Positions 36,386-46,600 of a stretch of 64,000 nt of DNA are shown here, in pieces. Source of the DNA: a virus; the IMG/VR virus record IMGVR_UViG_3300050343_000220, positions 5,138 to 69,137 of that record; one strand, written 5' to 3'. A program made the position numbers and the translations under genes. The notes under the pieces were generated by a model, which saw nothing but the letters and a program-made list of their open reading frames with translations, did not search any database and had not been told where the DNA came from. Numbering within the stretch: the first letter of the stretch is position 1; every line of letters begins with the position of its first letter.

Positions 36386-38632
36386 TTAGAAGTCGTTAAG
36401 AATGTGATCTTCTAATAGAGGATCATTCTTAGGACGTTGCCACACACGTACAGACTTGGACTTACCCGTTGCCGAATCTTTCCTACTTGTTACTAGTCTT
36501 CTCCAACCCATAGATTGAAGAACATCAGCTACACGTCTGCCTTCTCTACGACCTTGATTACGAGGATCTAATTCGAGAGCATTTGTAAGTACATCTGCTG
36601 CAGTTACTTCCTCTCGGATAGCTACATAAGATGCGATCTTATCTAACCAAGGGTCTGGATCACCAAACTCTTGGATGTATTCATATATAGCAGCGATCTC
36701 ACCACTTGTAAACTCATAGCCTTCATTGTTGCGATACGCAGCTACTGCAGCTGCCCACAAACTATCTCGCACATTGCACAGCTCTTTCCATGGAATTTGG
36801 AAGCCAGCTCCAAGTTCTAGAGGGACAAATCGACGGTTGCCTGTGCTATCAACTAAGAATTGATTACGGTTCGTAGTACCAATAAATACAAAGCGCCTAG
36901 GTAGCTTGCTAGGTAGAGATGCGTATGGATAGCGCACTTCATCTACGCGAGTAGTAACTAGGTTTTTAAAGTTCTCAATGTTCCTTGTATTGAAGTAGTT
37001 ATCAATTTCTGGCAGCTCTAGCAGCCATGCCACGTGCAATCGATATTGCTCACGCATGAGTGTATCTAAAGGTGTTGTGATCTCAGAGAACAGTGCAGGA
37101 GGCACAAGGCTTCTGGAGAACATTGATTTACCAGCACCTTGAGGGCCTACCAGGATTGGTAGCCAAGACATGGTGCAGCCTGGGTCATATGCCCTAGCTA
37201 CTGCACCAATCATCATGCGCTGCATTGCAGTAGTAGAAATGTTGTGCTTATTTCCTAGGAAGATTTCTCCAATGTTGTCCCAGTCAGGATGTGGGTCAGC
37301 CGTGTCAGCACATTTGTCTAGGTAAGTCCGAATAGGACAATACCTATTTTGATTTGCTGCATATTGAATTGCAGACTTGATCCGCTGCTCAGGAATGAAT
37401 ACACCGTTTTCACAAGCAAGCTTGGTAGTCATAAGATCTAGGTCTTGACCTTGAAGAAAGACAGCTTCACCACCTGGCTGTGTGTACTCAATCGCTCCTG
37501 TGAGTTCATTCTTTCGTAGGTTGAGAAGAATCTCTTTGACCTTTTGAACATCTGATTCACGTTGCTTAGCTAAGTCATCGTCATTCTTTTTAGGGCGACC
37601 ACGCTTTTTGACTTGGTTTGAATCAGGTAAAGGCTCTGGAACAATGGATTCATCTGAATTATTCATTGATTTGCTACTACTCCTTGTTTGTAAATGATCT
37701 TGAACTATCTGATCAATATCTTGTACTGGATCAAATTCTGTATATCCAGCAGCTGCACCTACTGCACCAAATCTAAGATGTGGTGGTAGCTTGTGTGCCC
37801 AGTCTGCATCTTGCTTTTTAGCAAGTGAATACAGTGTAGTTGGACCTGAAAAGTTACCGAGACCACGCCATTTAAATGGTTGTATATTTTCAGGTTTTTC
37901 ACCGTGATGGCCTTTTAATACCCAGTTAACCCATGCGTCGAATACAGGCTCACCGATGCCTGCACAAGCTGCCATGACTGGTACATAGTAAGTTTCATAC
38001 TGTCCATCATCAGAAGGCGTTAGAAAGCTTTCTAGTAACCACTGGCATCGTTGTACGTCTACTTCAGTTACATCTGAGGAAACAAAGTTTGATGACTCGT
38101 CATATGCAATGTCATTGAGAAGAAACTCTGGGACTGGTTCAAATTCTGCATTCTTTTGAATGTCAGCATTGGTGTTACCAAACCAAAGTCGTTCAGGTTT
38201 CTGCCCACAGTTGTCAGCAAGCTCATTGAGCTCTAGCTCTGCAAGTAAACGATTGACGATTAGCCAATAAGCACCCTTGTGTTCAGCAGTAGATAGAAGC
38301 TCTTTGCCAAGCGGGAACAAGGCTCTAAACCTGTGCTCACTTTCTGTATGACTAGCTGACGTGTAAGTGGCTACACACCATTGACGGGCAGTATCACTTG
38401 ACCAAAATCTGGCAAGAGTAGTGTCGCCATCAAAGTCAATGACGACCATGTTCGAGCCCGCCGAGTTATCAGCTTTTCGATGACGAGCTTTGAAGTGTGT
38501 GGCACACCATCCATAGCCATTTTGAACCCAACCTAGTAGCCAATCAATATCTTCTAATATATTTTGCCAATCGCGTGCAGGTTTACTCTGCTTGTTCTTG
38601 CAACTTTTGTGTACTGCAATCCGTAGTTTCAT
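36386..38632 (-). CDS. primase-helicase (AEP/PriCT-like plus VapE-type ATPase)
   Basis: VIDFD, YTSASH...RFRALFPL, Walker A GPQGAGKS, FIGTTN...DSTGNRRF. Confidence 0.85.
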   Translation of the reverse strand: MKLRIAVHKSCKNKQSKPARDWQNILEDIDWLLGWVQNGYGWCATHFKARHRKADNSAGSNMVVIDFDGDTTLARFWSSDTARQWCVATYTSASHTESEHRFRALFPLGKELLSTAEHKGAYWLIVNRLLAELELNELADNCGQKPERLWFGNTNADIQKNAEFEPVPEFLLNDIAYDESSNFVSSDVTEVDVQRCQWLLESFLTPSDDGQYETYYVPVMAACAGIGEPVFDAWVNWVLKGHHGEKPENIQPFKWRGLGNFSGPTTLYSLAKKQDADWAHKLPPHLRFGAVGAAAGYTEFDPVQDIDQIVQDHLQTRSSSKSMNNSDESIVPEPLPDSNQVKKRGRPKKNDDDLAKQRESDVQKVKEILLNLRKNELTGAIEYTQPGGEAVFLQGQDLDLMTTKLACENGVFIPEQRIKSAIQYAANQNRYCPIRTYLDKCADTADPHPDWDNIGEIFLGNKHNISTTAMQRMMIGAVARAYDPGCTMSWLPILVGPQGAGKSMFSRSLVPPALFSEITTPLDTLMREQYRLHVAWLLELPEIDNYFNTRNIENFKNLVTTRVDEVRYPYASLPSKLPRRFVFIGTTNRNQFLVDSTGNRRFVPLELGAGFQIPWKELCNVRDSLWAAAVAAYRNNEGYEFTSGEIAAIYEYIQEFGDPDPWLDKIASYVAIREEVTAADVLTNALELDPRNQGRREGRRVADVLQSMGWRRLVTSRKDSATGKSKSVRVWQRPKNDPLLEDHILNDF

Positions 38633-39356
38633 TATCTATTTCATGGAATTGTTGACAACGTTTCAGGAAACGTGATTCATGCAACGCAAGTTGATCTCCA
38701 TCGATGAAGATGCCTTGAGTTGTCTCAGGTGTTGAGACAATAATCAGGGCAACATCACATAGAAAACCAGTTCTCTCGTTTAATGCATATCTGTATGCAG
38801 CCATTTGCTGCGCACACTTCGTATATTTTCGGTAACCACCGAATCCAATTCGATCTCCACGATCAGGAAAAGAAGCGCAGTAAGGAGCATTGCTAGTTTT
38901 GAAGTCAGCAATAACTCGTACTCCACCGATTTCACCAATGAGGTCAGGACATCCAGCATATTTGTGCTCTGTACTCCAGACAAATGCGACTTCTCTATCA
39001 TCACTTCTTAGATGGTTCCAATCGGGACGCAAAGGACGCTCCGACCAATGAATTGTATCAAACCAATCAAGGTAAGTAGACATTCCATTCCAGAAATCTA
39101 GATAATCTTCAGGAACTCCTGGATCTAAACCACGGAGATAATTTTCACAACCTAAATGAATAGCCGAGCCGCGAGTTGATGCTGCCTCTAGCGCACCCGG
39201 ATTATTCTTTTGCCAGTTGCGAAGACCAGCTTTGGACTTTTCGCTTTCAGTAGCCGAGAGAACAGTAGTTACACTCGGCATATAAATGCCGGAGCATAGA
39301 TACTTTCTATGTCCGGCGGAAGTTTGGATTCTGTATGGAAGATCAGAAGTCACCAT
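38583..39356 (-). CDS. PD-(D/E)xK exonuclease
   Basis: PSVTTVL, RGSAIH, YAGCPDL, IADFKTS, QMAAY. Confidence 0.85.
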   Translation of the reverse strand: MVTSDLPYRIQTSAGHRKYLCSGIYMPSVTTVLSATESEKSKAGLRNWQKNNPGALEAASTRGSAIHLGCENYLRGLDPGVPEDYLDFWNGMSTYLDWFDTIHWSERPLRPDWNHLRSDDREVAFVWSTEHKYAGCPDLIGEIGGVRVIADFKTSNAPYCASFPDRGDRIGFGGYRKYTKCAQQMAAYRYALNERTGFLCDVALIIVSTPETTQGIFIDGDQLALHESRFLKRCQQFHEIDNETTDCSTQKLQEQAE

Positions 39357-39690
39357 CTACACCCTGTTGCGTTTGATAATTTGAGCTGTAATCTGTAGTT
39401 TCGGTTTGTGCTTGAAAGAGTTGGTATAACTCTCCTACAGCCTGACCAACAGCTTCTACAACTTGACCAGTTGCAAAAACTTGTTGGGACAGCTGTGACA
39501 CTTCTTGGCGCAAAGCAATCGTATGATCCATTAGGGAAGGAGCCCGTGTAGGAACTTGATTACTTTGTACACCACTATTGACAGCAGTATTAGCTGTATT
39601 AGTAGGAACAATGGCATTCGCTTGTGTAAGAATATCGGCTAACCGTGCCTGCATTTCAGGAGGCAGGTTTTGAAGATTTGGGTTTGTCAT
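39343..39690 (-). CDS. coiled-coil protein ending DGDF
   Basis: coupled ORF in the replication operon. Confidence 0.6.
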   Translation of the reverse strand: MTNPNLQNLPPEMQARLADILTQANAIVPTNTANTAVNSGVQSNQVPTRAPSLMDHTIALRQEVSQLSQQVFATGQVVEAVGQAVGELYQLFQAQTETTDYSSNYQTQQGVDGDF

Positions 39691-40454
39691 TAGAATTCAG
39701 ATTCTTCTTCTTGTTTTTTAGATGTTGCTTTAGTCGGAAGCACCGTGCTTCCTCGTTTGTCCACCCCACCAGCAGGGATACCTTTTTCGTCAGTTTGCTT
39801 CCCGTCAAAAGGATCCTTTCCTTCAAAGAAATTTGGAAGCCAGATCGTGTTCTTGGTATCGGCCCATTCTTTTGCAATTTTATCTGGTACTTTACGTACC
39901 TTCGGGAGAATGCTATATGAAGTTTCAAGGCCAGCACCTTTACGTGTGATCTTGATTGAGAAATTAGCCAGGCCATCTTCAGTCCAGGTATAGTCTTCTA
40001 TTTCTTGTAGGATTTCAGTGAGTTGGTCACGCAAGGATTTCTGTTCGATAAACAGAACTTCCATTCGACTGCGAGATGCAGAAGTACCGACCCAAGCTAA
40101 AAACCGACGTGGCTTGACGTAGGAGCCATCAATTTTTGGTCGGTCGGGCTTAGACCAGTCGGTTTCACGAGCAATGTCGTCAGGGCTACCAGGATGAGTA
40201 CGAGTGACAACGTAACCGTTGAACTTAAGTTCACCGTCATTTCCTCGTGCTTCGGATGCATATTGCCATCCCATGATTGCGTGTCCTGTTTCGTAGCATC
40301 CGAGCAAGCGGAACTCTTCACTTTCTCCATCTTTGAGTGAGCTAGGTTTCCAATATGGTTGGGGTTCTTTAGTTTCAATTCTGTCTTTAGGTGCCTCTAG
40401 AAGTTCAGGAGGCAATACTTGTAGGGTCATATGTAGTAAATATCGACCTTTCAA
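39690..40454 (-). CDS. putative ssDNA-binding protein
   Basis: LKDGESEEFRLL, IKITRKGAGLETSYSI, acidic tail EEESEF. Confidence 0.6.
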   Translation of the reverse strand: MKGRYLLHMTLQVLPPELLEAPKDRIETKEPQPYWKPSSLKDGESEEFRLLGCYETGHAIMGWQYASEARGNDGELKFNGYVVTRTHPGSPDDIARETDWSKPDRPKIDGSYVKPRRFLAWVGTSASRSRMEVLFIEQKSLRDQLTEILQEIEDYTWTEDGLANFSIKITRKGAGLETSYSILPKVRKVPDKIAKEWADTKNTIWLPNFFEGKDPFDGKQTDEKGIPAGGVDKRGSTVLPTKATSKKQEEESEF

Positions 40455-40493
40455 ATATAGTTACTACAATAGTTAAATGTGAGATAATTACTA

Positions 40494-40688
40494 ATGCTAG
40501 TAAATCGATTTGCAGATCTTTCCGGTGGATTATTAGGTGAACTCACAGGTAAAAAAGACATTGCATCTACTGGACTTGTAGGATTAATTCCAGGAGCACC
40601 TAATCCAAATAATGCATTTGGAGTAGCAGGGATGATTGCAGGACATGAAAAACCACTACATGAATTACTGGGCTTGCCAGGTTTTTAA
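40494..40688 (+). CDS. small hypothetical protein
   Basis: preceded by TACAATAG; divergent from the replication operon. Confidence 0.45.
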   Translation: MLVNRFADLSGGLLGELTGKKDIASTGLVGLIPGAPNPNNAFGVAGMIAGHEKPLHELLGLPGF

Positions 40689-40774
40689 TTCATTGAGTAG
40701 TGGCTTACTTGGTTAGTTATTTATAGACCGGTGCATCCCAGCCAGTCTTACCTGACTGAAGATGCCTGCTTCGA

Positions 40775-41434
40775 TCAATAGTCCGGCGTCGGATCCACCT
40801 CTGAGTAACCCGCCGCTGAACCGTTCGTTTGTGGATTCCGTTGAGTTCGCTCTTTATCCTTTCGAGTAGTGAAGTCAGAAGCGACGATAGCTCTATAAGG
40901 ACTGTCACTCCCGTCTTTGCGATATTCGCGGAGATAGCCTTGAACGCAGATAGGGCGTCCGCTACGGATTCGATCTGTAAGTTTTTTGCGACGTGATTCA
41001 TGTGTTTCAAGAAATAGCCATGTAACAATTTCTGAGTTATCTAGTGTTGTACCAATTTTGACAGCGACTTGATCGTTCTTACGATCTTTGATTTCATTAG
41101 ATCCAAAGAATGCATTACCAAGTACAACTTGATTGCAATAAACATTGTCTGGGATTGAGGGCTCAATCGTTGTGACAATGAGATCAAGAGGTTTAGTCAC
41201 ATCATCTGAGAAGACAATGTTGCCTGTAATCAATGCTCGTGTGCCTTCTTTCCATTCTTTGAAGAGTGATAGCTTGGCACCTTCTCGGTTGTAGCAGAGG
41301 ATTCGAAGCTGGACCTCTGAAGCACCACTACCAGCGGGCACAACAGCGTTAGCCCCGCAATAGTCAAGCCCATAAGCATTGATTGGATCTGAAATGAAGG
41401 ATCGTAATTCAATCGTTGCAGCGATAAAGTTCAT
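40775..41434 (-). CDS. tandem OB-fold SSB-like protein
   Basis: two units: EGTRALITGNI and NQVVLG...SGRPICVQGYLREY. Confidence 0.55.
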   Translation of the reverse strand: MNFIAATIELRSFISDPINAYGLDYCGANAVVPAGSGASEVQLRILCYNREGAKLSLFKEWKEGTRALITGNIVFSDDVTKPLDLIVTTIEPSIPDNVYCNQVVLGNAFFGSNEIKDRKNDQVAVKIGTTLDNSEIVTWLFLETHESRRKKLTDRIRSGRPICVQGYLREYRKDGSDSPYRAIVASDFTTRKDKERTQRNPQTNGSAAGYSEVDPTPDY

Positions 41435-41470
41435 TATGACTGTATGTTTTTCCAGTCTTCATCTTAGAAC

Positions 41471-42103
41471 TCATCCCCACATTGCGCGAGATATTTGTGG
41501 AAGTTCCGTATCAAGTATTTCGCCAACACTTCGAGCAATGGACATATGCTCCTTCTGAGTGCCATTATCACCACGCAGGGCGACATAGTGAAGCCAACTA
41601 CGAATAGTACCTGACATATATAGCTTAGTAACTGTATTGATTGGAAGTACAGATCTAGCACACTCTTTAGCTACACCAGAATGCAACAGTGACTCATACA
41701 AACGTACTGACTCTCTGAAGTGATCATCAATACGTTGCTGATAATACTCTTGAGTTTCTTCTTCTAGATCATCAATAGAGTTTTGACGATTGTCATAGTC
41801 TTGACGCCTTAGTTCAGGAAGTACTGTAGCAAAAGTGTCAGTAGGTATTGCATACCGTTGACTAAATTCTTGAAAGGTAAACGAGCGATGCCGCAAGATT
41901 TGGGGTGAAATTGCTCTAGTAGTATCAATTTGTACACACATAGATGCCATTTCGAATGGACTCCAATGCTTGTGCTTAATTAAATACTTAATTAGTTTTT
42001 CAACTTCAGGATTTTCTTCATTGCTTGGGTTGGATACACGCGCAATTTTGCCTATTAAAGCTTCTGCATTTGGTGTAATCCAAACGAGTTTTGCTGAATG
42101 CAT
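41471..42103 (-). CDS. thyX: flavin-dependent thymidylate synthase
   Basis: HWSPFE, QILRHRSFTFQEFSQRY, ECARSVLP. Confidence 0.95.
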   Translation of the reverse strand: MHSAKLVWITPNAEALIGKIARVSNPSNEENPEVEKLIKYLIKHKHWSPFEMASMCVQIDTTRAISPQILRHRSFTFQEFSQRYAIPTDTFATVLPELRRQDYDNRQNSIDDLEEETQEYYQQRIDDHFRESVRLYESLLHSGVAKECARSVLPINTVTKLYMSGTIRSWLHYVALRGDNGTQKEHMSIARSVGEILDTELPQISRAMWG

Positions 42104-42214
42104 GGTCAGTTGGGAAAATGTTTTGAGTGAAGTAGTTTTAATTGTCTAATAGTTAGTTTATTAATCTTGGCTTCAATACGAGCAAGCAATTCTTCGACAT
42201 GCTCACTCTTTGTT

Positions 42215-42499
42215 TTAGCCTTTGATTTTGCCATATAAAATAGGTTTAATTCTTCCAAGACCAGATCTTATATCTGTTATGGTTCCAATACTCTTAAGTT
42301 TATCGTAGTAAGCATCAAATATATCAACTTTTGTATAAGCTCGTACAGCATCGTAATATGTCTCTCCAGCCACTGTGTATGTAATGATGTGAACATCAGT
42401 GGGAAGTTCTTTGTCATTAAAGGTGGCTGGACAAATCTCTTGTTCTAGTATTTGAACTTTAAGTTTATCTGTAGGTAAAAAAGTTATTTTTGTATCCAT
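42215..42499 (-). CDS. hypothetical cyanophage protein
   Basis: LPTD...VRAYTKVDIFDAYYD...G.G.IKP. Confidence 0.6.
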   Translation of the reverse strand: MDTKITFLPTDKLKVQILEQEICPATFNDKELPTDVHIITYTVAGETYYDAVRAYTKVDIFDAYYDKLKSIGTITDIRSGLGRIKPILYGKIKG

Positions 42500-42514
42500 A
42501 GTATTGCTTGAATA

Positions 42515-43246
42515 TCAAGCGTATTGAGGCAGGTTTTGATTGGCAGTCTCGAAGAAAGCTGGCATACGACTAGCGCGTGTTTCAGCTAAGCCTTCAGCCT
42601 TGCCTCTGGTGTATAGAGAATCTGAACTCGCAAGCCAGAAGTTGCTGGAGAGATGCTTGTGATCAGCTTCCCCTTGGAGGGACTGAAGGCACCATGCGAC
42701 CGTAGCGCGGCGGAGATTGTTGAGGGTCTTGTCAGATTTAAGTCCAAGCGCTTCACATACGAGTGTGTTTGCCGCGACGTGGGTCTGTTCGTCTCGTGAG
42801 ATGTCGGCGCTTGTCGTGCGTAATCCTGTATCTCCGAGGAATCGGAAGATCGGTAAGAGAACGAAGAAGACGGATCTCTCCAATACAACGGCTTTAAGGA
42901 CAGGGTGCCTATCCAATTCAAGCCATGTTTTACAGATGTGCGCAGCTTCTTTCTCAAACTTAGGGGAGACTCCATGCGCAGCAGCTGCGAAATTGAGTGC
43001 AATATCATGATTTTCTTCATCAACAACGTTAGAAGCAAGTAGCTCCTTACAGCCTTTGACGTCAGGTAGATCACCTTTCATAGCATCACTAATGAAGTCA
43101 CCTACTGGGATTTCAAGACAACGGAGTGCAAGTGCACGTTGAATTACATCTTCACCACCAGTCAATAGTTGACCAGCAGATACTTGAACCGGGGTCCATG
43201 TACGCTTGCGCTGATGAAGATGAATGTAAGGAGTTTCTGCTTTCAT
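42515..43246 (-). CDS. nrdB: ribonucleotide reductase beta subunit (short ferritin-like)
   Basis: DEENH and DEQTH ExxH motifs; adjacent to the alpha subunit. Confidence 0.75.
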   Translation of the reverse strand: MKAETPYIHLHQRKRTWTPVQVSAGQLLTGGEDVIQRALALRCLEIPVGDFISDAMKGDLPDVKGCKELLASNVVDEENHDIALNFAAAAHGVSPKFEKEAAHICKTWLELDRHPVLKAVVLERSVFFVLLPIFRFLGDTGLRTTSADISRDEQTHVAANTLVCEALGLKSDKTLNNLRRATVAWCLQSLQGEADHKHLSSNFWLASSDSLYTRGKAEGLAETRASRMPAFFETANQNLPQYA

Positions 43247-43264
43247 TTGTATAAATAATTAGGT

Positions 43265-44683
43265 TTACTCGGCGCACCCTACGCAGGATGCGGGGTCGTT
43301 AAAGACATCTAAAATGTCATCGTCGGCATCGTCATCATTGAATCCAAACATCTCACCGAAGTTTCCATCTAAAGCAGCAAGAGCATCGTCTTTTGCTTGA
43401 GTGTTTTGCATAACCTGCAATGAATAATACATAGAGGTTTGCGGGGAACTGAGCCAGGATTCAATGAATTTATCGTCGTATTGAACTACGTCTGACCAAC
43501 TATTGAAACTATATCCGTGGTTGAGGCCAGTTTTAGACAACATTGTCATGATTCCATTTACTACTCGGTAGTAAGTGTCCCACCCAACAGATTCAGCTGT
43601 TTCAACATCACCGTAGTCAAATGTTTCGACACCGAATGTAGAGCTGTCCCTATCAACTGTACGCCCGATTGGCGGTGCAAGTTCGGGGGTAGTTGTATAG
43701 CCTGCTCTGTCTTTGTAGCGATAAGAACAAGACGCCGTAGGTGCAATAGCAAAGCAACGGTCCATATTGGCACGGCTTGCAATAGCAGCAGCGGAATCAA
43801 TTCCTAATTGAAGTGCTTTAACTATATTACGTGCTTCAGGAGTCACGATGTAATCACCTAATGGGTAGAGGTGTTCATTCAATGCTTCTCCGAACTGAGC
43901 GTACGTAACTCCTTCCAGTGAGAGCAAATTGGCGAGACCAAGCATTCCCAGGCCGACTTGGCGATCTTCTTCTTGAGAAAGATACTCGCCAGTTTTCTCA
44001 ACACCAGTTTTACCATGTAAATCAATTAGTTCTTCCATGCCACAGATAAATGCAGCAGGCAAATCTTCAGGACGGCAAGCACCCAAATTTATGTGCTCCA
44101 AGAGACAAGTGCCCCTGCTTTTGAGAAAAACCTCCAAGCACACGTTCGCGAAAATCCTTTCACCGTGTTGATCATGCCTAATCTTGGCAAGCCAAATGTC
44201 ACCACGAGCAATACCTTTGATGATTGCATCCTTGACTGCAGGGATTGCCATATCCCACATTACGTTGGACAAGTTGACACAACGTTTTGCCCACGGAATT
44301 TCATGCCGAGGCATGTTTACAAACTCAAGAATATCTTTGTGGTTTAAATCAAGGTGCAGTACGACAGCACCATTTTTATATACACCACCTCTACGTAGCT
44401 GTTCATTCAAACAACTATAGATTTTGCCAAACGAACAAGGCCCAGAACTTACTAGCCCTTTACCGTTGTCATGACCAGCAGGGCGCAGATTGGATAGGTG
44501 TACAGCAACCCCTGCTCCATAACGCAGTCCGTGACTGACATAGCGCCAGCTAGCTTCAATCCCGTTTGGTCCTTCCATACTGTCTTCAACTACAAAAACT
44601 GTGCAGCTGACGGGCAGGCGACTTGTAGGATCGTCAATCCAATTTTGCACTCGACCTGTGCGAGCAATTACTTTATTTTCCAT
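43265..44683 (-). CDS. nrdA: ribonucleotide reductase alpha subunit (minimal cyanophage type)
   Basis: PVSCTV, NVCLE, AIAPTASCS, C-terminal CVGC. Confidence 0.9.
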   Translation of the reverse strand: MENKVIARTGRVQNWIDDPTSRLPVSCTVFVVEDSMEGPNGIEASWRYVSHGLRYGAGVAVHLSNLRPAGHDNGKGLVSSGPCSFGKIYSCLNEQLRRGGVYKNGAVVLHLDLNHKDILEFVNMPRHEIPWAKRCVNLSNVMWDMAIPAVKDAIIKGIARGDIWLAKIRHDQHGERIFANVCLEVFLKSRGTCLLEHINLGACRPEDLPAAFICGMEELIDLHGKTGVEKTGEYLSQEEDRQVGLGMLGLANLLSLEGVTYAQFGEALNEHLYPLGDYIVTPEARNIVKALQLGIDSAAAIASRANMDRCFAIAPTASCSYRYKDRAGYTTTPELAPPIGRTVDRDSSTFGVETFDYGDVETAESVGWDTYYRVVNGIMTMLSKTGLNHGYSFNSWSDVVQYDDKFIESWLSSPQTSMYYSLQVMQNTQAKDDALAALDGNFGEMFGFNDDDADDDILDVFNDPASCVGCAE

Positions 44684-45113
44684 TTGTGTCGTAGTAGTTA
44701 AGTTGTGGACGTGGCAGACAATCAGCTAAGTCAGGTGGCACATAGTTAGGTCCTTTGAGTACCTTCCCATCTTCACGATAAATTGGCTTTCCTTGTTCAT
44801 CTAGTTTACTGAGATTAGATTCAAAGACGAGGGTCATCGCCTTGTCTAAATCAATACCATAAGTAGCTGCAAACTGATAACAAACAAAGACAAGATCGGA
44901 TAATTCTTTGACAACTTCTTCACGTGCTGCAGGGTTTTCGGGATCAGCGAAACACTCTTCAGCTGCCGCTAAAAACTCATTAGATTCTTCTCTAATGAGA
45001 CGAGTTTGCATGTCCCATAATTTCTTCTTAATGAAACCATAGCGTGAGATATTTGGCAAAATTTCTTGACCAAAGATTTCACGAAACTTACATGCTTGTT
45101 CTAGTAATGTCAT
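44673..45113 (-). CDS. MazG-like NTP pyrophosphatase
   Basis: LIREE..E...KELSDLVFV...SNLSK...REDGKVLKGPNY. Confidence 0.85.
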   Translation of the reverse strand: MTLLEQACKFREIFGQEILPNISRYGFIKKKLWDMQTRLIREESNEFLAAAEECFADPENPAAREEVVKELSDLVFVCYQFAATYGIDLDKAMTLVFESNLSKLDEQGKPIYREDGKVLKGPNYVPPDLADCLPRPQLNYYDTNGK

Positions 45114-45341
45114 TTATTTTTCTCTAAGTGTGATGCGTCCACGACCTAGGTCATATGGACTTAGTTCAACATGCACACGATCACCAACAAGAAGTTGGAT
45201 TTTCCGTGTAATTAATTTACCAGAAGCTCTACATAAGCACTGATGTTCTGCTGGTTCATCCAATTCAACATTGAAATAACCGTTGCCACTTTCTTTGAAG
45301 ATTACACCTTTAGCTTCAACAATATTCGTTTTTTTGCTCAT
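45114..45341 (-). CDS. infA: translation initiation factor IF-1
   Basis: VEAKGVI...F.VEL...SGKL...I.LLVGDRV.VELSPYDLGRGRI. Confidence 0.9.
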   Translation of the reverse strand: MSKKTNIVEAKGVIFKESGNGYFNVELDEPAEHQCLCRASGKLITRKIQLLVGDRVHVELSPYDLGRGRITLREK

Positions 45342-45488
45342 ATGCTTTTACCGTTTTGAAATATAATTTGTTGTACTTAACAATCATTTCTTGAATAACT
45401 TCACGATCACTAGTTTGACCAACAGTTTGTAGATGTTGAGAGCAACCGTGAAGTTCACCTATAAGTAATAGATACATCTCAGGAGGCA

Positions 45489-45704
45489 TTAAAATCCTTT
45501 TACTTTCTTGTGTTTCTTTTTATCTTTTTTATAAAGATTTGGAGGTCCAATTTTGCACAGTTGTTCATCACTTTCTCTAGCAAGTATAGTGCACATTTGG
45601 TCTACAGCCATAGCAAATATACCAGCATGGGAGAGCTTGCCAACCATATGACTAGATAGATCAAAGATGAACTCTTCGCGTTCACTTTCAGTCATTTTAT
45701 TCAA
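45489..45704 (-). CDS. hypothetical protein
   Basis: 71-aa ORF ending KKVKGF. Confidence 0.5.
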   Translation of the reverse strand: MNKMTESEREEFIFDLSSHMVGKLSHAGIFAMAVDQMCTILARESDEQLCKIGPPNLYKKDKKKHKKVKGF

Positions 45705-45936
45705 TCTCAGCGTGTGTGTGATTACTAAAGTATTTAGTTAGTATTTGTACACGTTCTTCTTCGTGAGCGATTACATCAATCTGATCTTGAATAGCGGCAA
45801 GCACATCAGGGTGTTCACCGATGCCAACAGGATTGTGTAAGTAAACTTCTGCGTTCATTCGTGCTTTCTGTATTTTGCCCTCGCTATCAGCGATAAGGGC
45901 ATTGAGAATATCTTTGCGTAGTGATCGGCAGGACAT
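45697..45936 (-). CDS. conserved phage protein
   Basis: VYLHNPVGIGEHPDV motif. Confidence 0.7.
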   Translation of the reverse strand: MSCRSLRKDILNALIADSEGKIQKARMNAEVYLHNPVGIGEHPDVLAAIQDQIDVIAHEEERVQILTKYFSNHTHAEIE

Positions 45937-45940
45937 TTGA

Positions 45941-46288
45941 TTAATCAGGATGTGCGTATGTATATGCGTCTAGGGTTGCATGTAGATGTTTAATAATTGA
46001 GTTGGCACCTACAAAGCGTTCTACTGATTGTTCGACATAGTCACAATCTTCGTCTCCATCGGCATCTAGCCGACAAGAGACTTCCTCGTGGACGACAACG
46101 AGCGTCGGTGACAGTTCCACCGATAAGTCCTCCGCCAGCGCTGTAAGGCTGCCTGAGGGTGCTTTAAGAGGCACAAAGTCGAGCTCAGCTGCTTCGTCTT
46201 GCGTGAGAGTTTTGACGTGGTCCTTGAGACGATCGCAAGGAGTACACCCGTCTTGGGTAAATACATAAAGCTTGTAGTTTTTCATCAT
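45941..46288 (-). CDS. thioredoxin/glutaredoxin-like protein
   Basis: FTQDGCTPC...SPTLVV; near RNR. Confidence 0.75.
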   Translation of the reverse strand: MMKNYKLYVFTQDGCTPCDRLKDHVKTLTQDEAAELDFVPLKAPSGSLTALAEDLSVELSPTLVVVHEEVSCRLDADGDEDCDYVEQSVERFVGANSIIKHLHATLDAYTYAHPD

Positions 46289-46291
46289 TAT

Positions 46292-46600
46292 TTAGGCAGG
46301 TGTTCCATCGGTGTAATAAAAACCGCCGACGCAATTGTCTTGATTAGATATTACTAAATGCCTTGCGTGTTGATAACATCTCATACCCATATGATAGGAA
46401 ATCATGACAGGATTACCCGGAACAACTGTATCTAATCGATCACAAAGAATCAAACGAGCAGCAGGAGCCTTACGTTTGTACTGGATCTCTGCCATGTAGG
46501 CATAATGAGGATCTTGTTCCTGTGTATCAGGATTAAATACCGTCATCATTGTGGGAGCAGTCTCGACGATTGCTTCCATCTCAGACATCATTTTGAACAT
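46292..46600 (-). CDS. hypothetical protein
   Basis: 102-aa ORF in operon. Confidence 0.5.
   Translation of the reverse strand: MFKMMSEMEAIVETAPTMMTVFNPDTQEQDPHYAYMAEIQYKRKAPAARLILCDRLDTVVPGNPVMISYHMGMRCYQHARHLVISNQDNCVGGFYYTDGTPA

Noticed and set aside
40733-40765. Hairpin GCATC..CAGTC/GACTG..GATGC as a tRNA or ncRNA
   Set aside because: No cloverleaf or T-loop; it lies between convergent genes and is most simply a 3' stem-loop. No tRNA was recognised anywhere in the window
42515-44683. Unusually short RNR subunits as a novelty
   Set aside because: Matches the minimal RNR type already known from cyanopodo- and siphoviruses
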